DNA of 23,418 bases from positions 1 to 23,418 of the forward strand of contig DAIPZN010000070.1 of NCBI GenBank assembly GCA_036782195.1, in the 5' to 3' direction. Numbering within the stretch: the first letter of the stretch is position 1; every line of letters begins with the position of its first letter. Positions 8,174 to 15,582 of the stretch are shown here, one piece after another. The notes beneath the pieces are model-generated. The model saw nothing but the letters and a program-made list of their open reading frames with translations. It was not told the DNA's origin and searched no databases. Made by a program: the position numbers and the translations under genes. The DNA comes from Cyclobacteriaceae bacterium (GTDB taxonomy: Bacteria > Bacteroidota > Bacteroidia > Cytophagales > Cyclobacteriaceae).

Positions 8174-9220
8174 ATGACCAGAAAACCCAGGTTACTTCTG
8201 GTAACACCTTCATTCCAGACTTTTATCAAGCAGGACATGTTGCTGCTGATGGAAAGGTATGACTTGTCAGTGGACACTTATAACTGGCAAAAAAAAGAAC
8301 TGGCACCATTGTTTCTGATACAGCAATTTTTCAATCTCTGGAAGCATATTTTCAATGTGGACCTTATTGTTGTCCAGTTTGGGGGCTATTGGTCTTTACT
8401 CCCAAGTTTAGCTGGACGGGTTTTTGGTGTTCCTGTATTTATCATATTACATGGAACAGATTGCGCCTCCATCCCAGATTTAAATTATGGAAGCCTTCGG
8501 ATTCCGTTGTTGAGATGGTTTTGCAAAAACTCCTACGCAATGGCAAAAAAGCTCTTGCCGGTAAGTCATTCACTTGTGAAAACAACTAATGATTTTTACA
8601 TCAGTGGCAAACAAATGGCAAATGGGTTCTTGCATCATTTTCCACATGTAGGTACGCCTTATGCAATTGTCCCAAATGGATTTGATTACACCTATTGGAA
8701 GCCAGATCCCTCTGTCAATCGTCAACCAGCTTCTTTTTTGGCAGTATTATCGAAAGAACAATATTTACTGAAAGGAGGAGATCTAATTGTTGAATTGGCA
8801 AAACGATTTCCTGAAAGCAGTTTTAAAATTGTTGGAATGGACAAACCAAATGTCCGGGACAGTTTCCCTCCCAATCTAACTTTTATTCCGAAAATCAGTC
8901 AGGATCAGCTTCGGATGTATTATCAAAAAACCACCTATTTTTTCCAGCTTTCCATTTTTGAAGGTTTTGGTTGTGCACTTTGTGAAGCCATGTTGTGTGG
9001 TTGTATTCCGATAGGAAGTAACGTCAATAACATTCCCCATATCATAGGAGACACAGGATACCTGCTATTCAAGCGGGACATCAATCTTTTAGAAAAACTT
9101 GTCCGTTCAATCTTAAATTCCCCTGACAACAGTTTAGGACAGGCCGCTCGTGAACGCATTAGAGATCATTTTTCATTGGCAGAAAGAAAGACCCTGCTGT
9201 TAAAAAACTTCAATATTTGA
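8174..9220 (+). CDS. Glycosyltransferase family 4 (GT-B, Glycos_transf_1).
   Basis: The EX7E motif is present (FEGFGCALCEAMLCGCIPIGSNV), with GT-B Rossmann halves. The start codon lies 1 nt after the YfhO stop (TAA-A-ATG). Confidence 0.75.
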   Translation: MTRKPRLLLVTPSFQTFIKQDMLLLMERYDLSVDTYNWQKKELAPLFLIQQFFNLWKHIFNVDLIVVQFGGYWSLLPSLAGRVFGVPVFIILHGTDCASIPDLNYGSLRIPLLRWFCKNSYAMAKKLLPVSHSLVKTTNDFYISGKQMANGFLHHFPHVGTPYAIVPNGFDYTYWKPDPSVNRQPASFLAVLSKEQYLLKGGDLIVELAKRFPESSFKIVGMDKPNVRDSFPPNLTFIPKISQDQLRMYYQKTTYFFQLSIFEGFGCALCEAMLCGCIPIGSNVNNIPHIIGDTGYLLFKRDINLLEKLVRSILNSPDNSLGQAARERIRDHFSLAERKTLLLKNFNI

Positions 9221-9223
9221 CTT

Positions 9224-10075
9224 ATGAACCTGCAAAAATCAGCTTCGGTTTTTACAAGGCACCTGTACAGGATACCTGGTGGATATTTTATTGTCCAAAT
9301 CGTCAAACGTATGTTTTTTAATTCTCCGGAGACTACAACATGGCAAACTTTTGCTTTTAGAGGCATCAAGATGCGGGTAGACCTGTCTAAACAAATGGGA
9401 GCAGCGATCTTCTGGAGGGGGGCGCATGATTGGGCACCCATATTTGCTTTGGAAAAAGTGGTCAAATCAGGCGACATAGTGCTCGATATTGGAGCAAACC
9501 AAGGAGAGTACAGTCTTTGGGCAGCGAGGAAAACAGGGCAAAAAGGAAAAGTTTATGCATTTGAACCCCTAAAAAGCATGTATGACCAGTTGCTCCATAA
9601 CATCAGTCTCAACCCAAAATATGCATCTGTAATCAACCCCATACAAATTGGTCTTTCTGATGAAGAAAACCGGCTTAATCTCTATTCGGGAAATTTGGAA
9701 AATGAAGGGGTAAACACATTGTTTCCTGACACAGATAGCACTATGCTGGAAACCATTCAGCTTAAAAAATTAGACGATATTGTTAAAGAGATCAAAATCG
9801 GTAAAATAGACGGAATCAAAATAGATGTCGAAGGAGCCGAATTCATGGTTTTAAAAGGAGGTTTTGAAACTATCAAAAAAAACATGCCTTATCTATTTAT
9901 TGAAATTAACAAAGAAGCTTGCCGCAAAGCTGGTTATGAAGCAGCTGCCATTTTTGATCTTCTTACACCATTGGGCTATAAATTCAAATTGATTAGACTA
10001 AGAGGAGCTATGACTCCTTTGGACTTAGCCAAACTGCCTGAATTCTGCAACATATTTGCCTACAAACCTAGATGA
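9224..10075 (+). CDS. FkbM-family SAM-dependent methyltransferase (Methyltransf_21).
   Basis: A SAM-binding motif (VLDIGANQGEYSLWAA...KVYAFEP) and the FkbM C-terminal motif (GIKIDVEGAEFMVLKGG) are present. The start is 3 nt after the GT4 stop. The next gene overlaps by 4 nt (ATGA). Confidence 0.75.
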   Translation: MNLQKSASVFTRHLYRIPGGYFIVQIVKRMFFNSPETTTWQTFAFRGIKMRVDLSKQMGAAIFWRGAHDWAPIFALEKVVKSGDIVLDIGANQGEYSLWAARKTGQKGKVYAFEPLKSMYDQLLHNISLNPKYASVINPIQIGLSDEENRLNLYSGNLENEGVNTLFPDTDSTMLETIQLKKLDDIVKEIKIGKIDGIKIDVEGAEFMVLKGGFETIKKNMPYLFIEINKEACRKAGYEAAAIFDLLTPLGYKFKLIRLRGAMTPLDLAKLPEFCNIFAYKPR

Positions 10076-11547
10076 AAGCAATTGCACGCCAAAGTCTCCT
10101 GACTACCCTATCTTCCTATATCGGAGTGGCAATAGGCTATGGGAATTTACTTTGGCTGCTCCCTTATGCCTTGCAACCAGATCAGATCGGGTTATTTAGA
10201 ACGGTACAGGATATGGCCTTGCTTTTGGTCCCATTCGCCCAGCTAGGCATTGGTAACGGCATCACACGCTTTTACCCGAAGTTAAAAGACCATCAATTCC
10301 AGTTCTTTTCATTCAGTCTGATAATGAGCCTAATGGGCTTCACGTTAGTGATGCTCTTGTTTTGGGTTTTTAAAGATTGGCTTGTATTGGCCTTTTCCAC
10401 AAATTCACCAGAGGTTCTTCAATTTTTCGGAGTAGTATTGCTTATTGCTTTTTTCTCAGTACTCAATAGCATTTTGGATGCGTTTTGCCGTTCTTTCCTT
10501 AAAATTGCTGTCCCAACATTTTTTAGAGAAGTCGTTCTAAGGCTTTTAGTGGCTTTACTTATAGCCATTTATCTTGGAAAATGGATTCATTTCGACCAGT
10601 TAATTTGGGGTTTGGCCGGAATTTATCTCTTTACACTTCTTGGGATGATCGTGTACATGATCAAAAATGGGATATTTCAGCTGAAATTTGACTTCACTTT
10701 CCCTAAAGGAATAATTAAGGATTTTTTAAAATATAGTTTGATCACCCTACTAGGGACTACTGGATCCATTTTGATCATGAAAATAGACAGTCTGATGGTG
10801 AGTTCTATGATCGGACTAGATGCAAATGCCATCTATACAATAGCATTTTCTATTGCTGTGGTTATTGAAATGCCGCGGAGAGCAGTCTCCCAGGTCGCCA
10901 TGCCTATTGTATCTGAGCACTTTGCAAAAAATGAATTGGTAGCAATAAACAAACTATACAAGCAAATAGCTGTGCATCAGTCATTGATTTGTCTATTGCT
11001 CTTTTTGGGGATTTGGTCAAATATTGACAATCTATATCATTTTGTTCCCAACAGTGATGTTTATGAATCCGGCAAATGGGTGGTATTATTGATAGGATTA
11101 GGAAAAATGTCTGACATCCTTTTTTCCATCAATGGGGAGATTATTGTCTTTTCCAGATTTTACGTTTTCAACATCACGGCTACGTTGCTCATGAGTGTGG
11201 CGGTAGTGGTTTTCAATTTGTTTCTTATACCCACATATGGGATAGAGGGGGCCGCTGTAGCATCTCTTTTAGCGATGTTTCTTTACAATCTGATCAAGTA
11301 TTGCTATTTGAAAATCAGGTTGCATTTCGACCCTTTTTCTTGGGATGTGGCAAAAATCATTGTTTTAGGAGTGATTACTTACCTGATACAGGACATGATT
11401 TTTAAGAATATGGAAACAGGATTAGTCAATCTTCTGCTTCGGTCACTGACAATCACGACGGTATATTTAGCAGGTGCAATTCTATTGAAGATCGCAAAAG
11501 AAGATCAGATGGGGATTTGGAAAAAAATAAAAGGGTTCAGGTCTTAG
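10072..11547 (+). CDS. Polysaccharide biosynthesis protein / oligosaccharide flippase (Wzx-like, MOP superfamily).
   Basis: The protein is 491 aa with about 12-14 predicted TM helices throughout. Its N-terminus (MKAIARQSLLTTLSSYIGVAIGYGNLLWLLPYAL) is typical of the Polysacc_synt family. Confidence 0.7.
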   Translation: MKAIARQSLLTTLSSYIGVAIGYGNLLWLLPYALQPDQIGLFRTVQDMALLLVPFAQLGIGNGITRFYPKLKDHQFQFFSFSLIMSLMGFTLVMLLFWVFKDWLVLAFSTNSPEVLQFFGVVLLIAFFSVLNSILDAFCRSFLKIAVPTFFREVVLRLLVALLIAIYLGKWIHFDQLIWGLAGIYLFTLLGMIVYMIKNGIFQLKFDFTFPKGIIKDFLKYSLITLLGTTGSILIMKIDSLMVSSMIGLDANAIYTIAFSIAVVIEMPRRAVSQVAMPIVSEHFAKNELVAINKLYKQIAVHQSLICLLLFLGIWSNIDNLYHFVPNSDVYESGKWVVLLIGLGKMSDILFSINGEIIVFSRFYVFNITATLLMSVAVVVFNLFLIPTYGIEGAAVASLLAMFLYNLIKYCYLKIRLHFDPFSWDVAKIIVLGVITYLIQDMIFKNMETGLVNLLLRSLTITTVYLAGAILLKIAKEDQMGIWKKIKGFRS

Positions 11548-11630
11548 AGTGTTACAAACCTCTTTATAGACAAGATTTGAGCTGCCTTAAATCCGCAAAC
11601 TTCCACTGTTAACCTGCTTTTTGAGCGAGG

Positions 11631-11664
11631 TCTCCTGATGAATCAGGAGATGAGGCCTGTTTTT
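11631..11664 (+). terminator. Stem-loop (TCTCCTGA-tgaa-TCAGGAGA) followed by a TTTTT run. It is a possible terminator for the glycan operon.
   Basis: An 8-9 bp perfect palindrome lies at 11631-11650 and a T5 run at 11660-11664. It is 85 nt downstream of the flippase stop. The T-run is separated from the stem by about 9 nt, which makes it weaker than a canonical terminator. Confidence 0.35.
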
Positions 11665-12084
11665 GAAAAGGGCTTCACTCGGAATTGTTAATTAATTGTG
11701 AAGTTTGAACATGTCGGCGACCCGAACCCCTATTGCAAATATACGCAATGCATCTTTGATTCGTTCATGTTTAGAACATGCAAATTTGTCAGTGATCTGC
11801 TGACCAGCTGCATTGCCAAATATTTGGTGTCCCTTGTTCTAAATCAATTAAAAACCTTTTGAAAAAAAACCATGGGATTGGATTTTATTATGAAAAAATT
11901 TCTGCTTAATTGAAGTCTGTTAGAAATTTCATTGCTTAAATAATAATGCCCATTGCCCGAAATACCCGAATAAAAATTTGAAGAAAAGCATCATATCTGC
12001 TTTAAAGCAAAATAATATTTCCCCAATTTAAATTTTTCACGTTAAGAAACAGTAATTTCGCATTACGAAAAGGCTCTAAAAGAA

Positions 12085-13008
12085 ATGTATCAGATTAAAA
12101 AAATCATTGTTTGTTTAGATCAAAGTGAACTCGATGAGACACTTGTTCGATTCGCATCCTTCATATCCAAAGTCAACCAAACCAAAAAAATCTATTTCAC
12201 CAACGTCATCCGTAACCTCAACATTCCAAAAGAAGTTTTGGATGAATTCCCTCATCTTGTAGACAACATGGTAGAAGAGAGGAAAGTACAGATGAAAAAA
12301 GTGGTAGAAGACCATTTTGGTCCTAAAGGAGATGTTGAGTTTTCTTTTGTCGTTAAAGACGGTCAGCTTTCCAAAAAAATCCTGAAACTTGCTCATGAAA
12401 AATCCGCCGATATGATTATTGTAGGCAGGAAGGTTGAGCTACCCGGAACAGGTGTGGTTTCCCAACGTTTGGCAAGGAGGGCAAGTTGTTCGCTTTTGAT
12501 CATACCGGAAAAGTCTAGCCCCAAAATTGAAAGGCTTCTGGTACCCAGTGATTTTTCGGATTATTCCAAAGATGCCATGGAAGAAGCCATCATGATCGTG
12601 GAGAAATTTGGAGGTAAGGCTGAGATTGTTTGCCAGAATGTGTTCAGTGTTCCTTCCGGATACCACTTTACTGGTAAAAGCTACGAAGAGTTTAGCTCTA
12701 TCATGCTTACTCATGCTGAAATCAACTTTAAAAAATTTATTCGAAAAATAGATACCAAGGGGGTTAAAATCACCCCTGTGTATACCAAAGATGACGACGA
12801 CGATCCGGTTGAAGAAATTTTGGCAAAAGCGATAGAAATTGATGCTGACAGCATCATTATAGGTGCAAAAGGCAGAACTGCTGCCACAGCTCTATTCATT
12901 GGCAGCATGGCAGAGCGGCTAATTCAATTCAATGATCAGTTTCCGCTTTTAGTGACAAGACCGAAAGGTAAGAATGCCGGGATATTAGATTATATTCTTG
13001 AAATATAA
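12085..13008 (+). CDS. Universal stress protein with tandem UspA domains.
   Basis: Two USP modules are present. The first is KIIVCLDQSE...ADMIIVGRKV...GVVSQRLARRASCSLLIIPEK. The second is ERLLVPSDFSDYS...DADSIIIGAKGRTAATALFIGSMAERLIQFNDQFPLLVTRPKG. Confidence 0.8.
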   Translation: MYQIKKIIVCLDQSELDETLVRFASFISKVNQTKKIYFTNVIRNLNIPKEVLDEFPHLVDNMVEERKVQMKKVVEDHFGPKGDVEFSFVVKDGQLSKKILKLAHEKSADMIIVGRKVELPGTGVVSQRLARRASCSLLIIPEKSSPKIERLLVPSDFSDYSKDAMEEAIMIVEKFGGKAEIVCQNVFSVPSGYHFTGKSYEEFSSIMLTHAEINFKKFIRKIDTKGVKITPVYTKDDDDDPVEEILAKAIEIDADSIIIGAKGRTAATALFIGSMAERLIQFNDQFPLLVTRPKGKNAGILDYILEI

Positions 13009-13016
13009 ACCTCCAC

Positions 13017-13053
13017 AATACCAACAGGATTCCAAACTGTTGGTATTTTTTTT
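13017..13053 (+). terminator. Rho-independent terminator (AATACCAACAG-gattccaaa-CTGTTGGTATT-TTTTTT).
   Basis: An 11-bp perfect stem is followed by a T-run. It begins 9 nt after the USP stop. Confidence 0.6.
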
Positions 13054-13092
13054 AAAATTAAACTTTTGCCCATTCTTCTTGTCTAATTCCCG

Positions 13093-13641
13093 ATGATGTC
13101 ATTGAGCGATTTAGAGCTATTAAAGTTGATCCAAGATCCAAAGACAAAAGAAAAGGGATATAGGCTATTAATAGAAATGTACCAAAGGAGAGTGTATGGA
13201 GTCATCAGAAAGATGGTGATTGTACACGAAGACGCTGATGATCTCACCCAAAATACATTCATAAAAGCTATCCGAAACCTATCCTCTTTCAACGGAAATA
13301 GCTCCTTATTTACCTGGTTGTACAGAATTGCAACTAACGAGAGTCTTAATTTTCTTGAAAAAAAGAAAAAAAGGTATTTTTTTTCCTTAGATGATCATCA
13401 CGACACCTTACTGGATTATTTGGACACTTCTGTTTATATCAGTGGAGAAGAAATTGATAGAAGACTTCAAAAATCCTTATTGAAGCTTCCTGAAAAACAA
13501 AGACTGGTTTTCAATTTGAGGTATTTTGAGGATTTACCTTATGAAGAAATCAGTAAAATTACTGACACATCTGTAGGTGCCCTAAAAGCAAGCTATCATC
13601 ATGCTGTCAAAAAAATTGAAAATGAACTCAAGATAGACTAA
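13093..13641 (+). CDS. RNA polymerase sigma-70 factor, ECF subfamily.
   Basis: The sigma-2 region (YRLLIEMYQRRVYGVIRKMVIVHEDADDLTQNTFIKAIRNLSSFNGNSSLFTWLYRIATNESLNFL) and the sigma-4 HTH (LPEKQRLVFNLRYFEDLPYEEISKITDTSVGALKASYHHAVKKI) are both present. Confidence 0.85.
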   Translation: MMSLSDLELLKLIQDPKTKEKGYRLLIEMYQRRVYGVIRKMVIVHEDADDLTQNTFIKAIRNLSSFNGNSSLFTWLYRIATNESLNFLEKKKKRYFFSLDDHHDTLLDYLDTSVYISGEEIDRRLQKSLLKLPEKQRLVFNLRYFEDLPYEEISKITDTSVGALKASYHHAVKKIENELKID

Positions 13642-13677
13642 ACCTATTGGGGCAAGCACTGTCTAAACCATAAGCGC

Positions 13678-14058
13678 ATGAAAGATCTGAACAGACATAA
13701 CATATTTAAGACACCGGAAGAATACTTTGAAGAACTTCCTGATAAGATTCTTACCAGAGTCGAACATGAAAAGACCGTAAGGTTTAATGCCATAAGCAAA
13801 GTCGCAGCGGCAATAGCTGCTTTATTGCTCGTAGGGTCTGTTTTCATTTATTTCTCTCCAAGAGAATCAGATAATCCTTATTTGCAGGCGAATCTTCACG
13901 AGGAAATCGACATGTATATCAATTCCGGATTTTGGCAAGCAGAGGACATTCTTTCTTTAGCCGAGAATCCTGATCTCATCTTAGATGCGATAATTCTTGA
14001 AGAATGGGGTATTGTAAATGAAAATCATAATTCAGATGAAGATGAATGGTGGTTTTAA
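13678..14058 (+). CDS. Hypothetical single-pass membrane protein, a candidate anti-sigma factor for the adjacent ECF sigma.
   Basis: It lies 36 nt downstream of the ECF sigma gene. It has an N-terminal 50-aa cytoplasmic segment, one TM helix (AISKVAAAIAALLLVGSVFIYF) and a short periplasmic tail ending in the acidic run NENHNSDEDEWWF. No zinc-finger anti-sigma motif is visible. The assignment rests on position and topology only. Confidence 0.4.
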   Translation: MKDLNRHNIFKTPEEYFEELPDKILTRVEHEKTVRFNAISKVAAAIAALLLVGSVFIYFSPRESDNPYLQANLHEEIDMYINSGFWQAEDILSLAENPDLILDAIILEEWGIVNENHNSDEDEWWF

Positions 14059-14068
14059 AGAAATTAAC

Positions 14069-14512
14069 ATGGAAAATAGACTATTAGGACTAACCCTCTT
14101 GTTTGTATTTACACTGATGGGAGTAGCCAATGCACAACGTCCACAATCTTTTGATAAAGAAAAGTTAGAAGCAGCCAGGGTGGCTTTTATCACTAACAGA
14201 CTTGACCTCAAACCTGAACAAGCAGAAAAATTCTGGCCCTTGTTTAATCAGTTTAATGAGAGCAGAAATCAACTTATGGGTGAGATCAGTACTATCAACA
14301 GAAATTCAGTTGGAGAAACGAATGAATCAAAGGCGAAGGAAATGATCAAAGAAAGGCTGGTTCTTCAGCAGAAGCTTTTGGATTTGGAAAAAGATTTCAT
14401 GGATAACATCACCAAAGTAATTCAGCCGAGCCAGGCACTTAAATTAGGTGGTGTAAATAGGGAATTCACTAAACAAGTATACAGGATGCAGCAAAACAGA
14501 GGAAACAACTAA
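14069..14512 (+). CDS. Periplasmic LTXXQ-motif protein (Spy/CpxP-like), with signal peptide.
   Basis: A signal peptide is present (MENRLLGLTLLFVFTLMGVANA|Q). The protein is helical and Gln/Lys/Glu-rich, with LTXXQ-like motifs (LDLKPEQAEKFWPLFNQF and IQPSQALKL). The track ORF begins upstream at 14018 and overlaps the previous gene. ATG 14069 gives a clean signal peptide and a 10-nt intergenic gap, so I prefer it. Confidence 0.5.
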   Translation: MENRLLGLTLLFVFTLMGVANAQRPQSFDKEKLEAARVAFITNRLDLKPEQAEKFWPLFNQFNESRNQLMGEISTINRNSVGETNESKAKEMIKERLVLQQKLLDLEKDFMDNITKVIQPSQALKLGGVNREFTKQVYRMQQNRGNN

Positions 14513-14532
14513 AAGACAATCAATATATAATG

Positions 14533-14564
14533 AAAAAGCCTCCGGAAATTTTTGGAGGCTTTTT
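14533..14564. terminator. Bidirectional Rho-independent terminator (AAAAAGCCTCC-ggaaattttt-GGAGGCTTTTT).
   Basis: An 11-bp stem has an A-run on the 5' side and a T-run on the 3' side. It sits between the convergent LTXXQ gene (+, ends 14512) and mscL (-, ends 14570). Confidence 0.6.
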
Positions 14565-14569
14565 CGGTT

Positions 14570-14983
14570 TTACTTTTTAAGAAGATCTCTAATCTCTTCC
14601 AAGAGCACTTCAGACTTGGTTGGCGCTGGTGGAGCAGCAGGGGCTGCTTCTTCTTTTTTCTTAAAAGAATTCATTGCCTTGATTGCCATAAAAATGACAA
14701 AAGCAATAATTAAAAAATCCACAACATTTTGAATGAAGTTACCATAGCTTAATACCACAGCTGCCATTTCTTCACCCGATTCTGCGACATATGCTTCACG
14801 AAGCGTCACGCTTAAATCTTTAAAATCAACGCCCCCCAAAAGTACCCCTAAAGGAGGCATAATGATGTCATTGACAAATGAAGAAACAATTTTACCAAAT
14901 GCCCCACCTATTATGACAGCTACGGCAAGGTCCACAACATTACCTTTCACGGCAAACTCTTTAAATTCTTTTAAAAGGCTCAT
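14570..14983 (-). CDS. mscL: Large-conductance mechanosensitive channel MscL.
   Basis: The protein begins [46 protein letters not shown], which is canonical MscL. It is 137 aa with two TM helices. Confidence 0.9.
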   Translation of the reverse strand: MSLLKEFKEFAVKGNVVDLAVAVIIGGAFGKIVSSFVNDIIMPPLGVLLGGVDFKDLSVTLREAYVAESGEEMAAVVLSYGNFIQNVVDFLIIAFVIFMAIKAMNSFKKKEEAAPAAPPAPTKSEVLLEEIRDLLKK

Positions 14984-15020
14984 AGTTTTGATTTTGGTTA
15001 AAATTAACTAGAAATAGATG

Positions 15021-15064
15021 ATTTTTATGCGAAATATCCCGCTTGGTGATTTAAGCATAAAAAT
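15021..15064. promoter_or_regulatory. Perfect 10-bp inverted repeat (ATTTTTATGC ... GCATAAAAAT) with a 24-nt spacer, in the mscL/mgsA divergent intergenic region.
   Basis: The repeat is seen directly in the sequence. It lies 38 nt upstream of the mscL start on the minus strand. No flanking T-run is present, so it is not a terminator. Confidence 0.3.
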
Positions 15065-15207
15065 AGTTCTATTTACGTTTTATCTAAATTTTTCTTTGGT
15101 TTTTTTTCCGTAGGCATTTATTTCTTTACGCTATTCAACCTTAATCCAAACATCAGGAATTCCCCATTTTTTTATACCTTTACAGGCCAAACCTATTTAT
15201 GTTACCT

Positions 15208-15582
15208 ATGAAAATTGCCTTGATTGCCCATGATGGAAAGAAAGCAGATATGGTGCACTTTCTGAGCGGCTTCAAAGAACAGCTTCATCATGCCAATATA
15301 GAATTAGTAGCAACTGGTACCACAGGCAGCCATATTGAAAGGGCAGGCTTCAAAGTTCAAAAACTCAAATCAGGACCATTAGGGGGAGATGCGCAGATCG
15401 CAGCAATGGTTGCTACACAGGAGCTTGATATGGTTATATTTTTTAGAGATCCTTTGGGCAAACATCCCCACGAACCTGATGTGCAAATGCTAATGCGGCT
15501 TTGTGATGTCTACAATGTTCCTTTGGCTACAAACCTCGCTTCTGCAGGTATGATGTTTAATCAACTAACCACAAACCTATAA
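15208..15582 (+). CDS. mgsA: Methylglyoxal synthase.
   Basis: The protein begins [18 protein letters not shown]...[13 protein letters not shown]...[28 protein letters not shown], which is canonical MgsA. The ATG at 15208 is preferred over the track start at 15199. The stop overlaps the pfkA start (TAATGG). Confidence 0.9.
   Translation: MKIALIAHDGKKADMVHFLSGFKEQLHHANIELVATGTTGSHIERAGFKVQKLKSGPLGGDAQIAAMVATQELDMVIFFRDPLGKHPHEPDVQMLMRLCDVYNVPLATNLASAGMMFNQLTTNL

Noticed and set aside
11700-11800. Possible 30-aa ORF (MSATRTPIANIRNASLIRSCLEHANLSVIC) on the plus strand and a 27-aa ORF on the minus strand in the long intergenic region. I also considered the minus-strand GGGGTTCGGGTCGCC stretch as a tRNA T-arm.
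   Set aside because: The ORFs are too short and featureless to call without conservation data. The T-arm-like stretch does not form a proper T-stem and has no acceptor or anticodon arms, so it is not a tRNA.
11816-11827. CCAAATATTTGG resembles a eukaryotic CArG box (SRF/MADS binding site).
   Set aside because: A eukaryotic transcription-factor motif is irrelevant in a bacterial genome. I kept it only as a generic 12-bp palindrome that could be a bacterial operator, reported within the intergenic-region finding.
14018-14068. Upstream extension of the LTXXQ protein ORF (MKIIIQMKMNGGFKEINM...).
   Set aside because: It overlaps the preceding gene by 41 nt. The extension has no signal-peptide character, whereas the ATG at 14069 starts a textbook signal peptide ending in ANA|Q.
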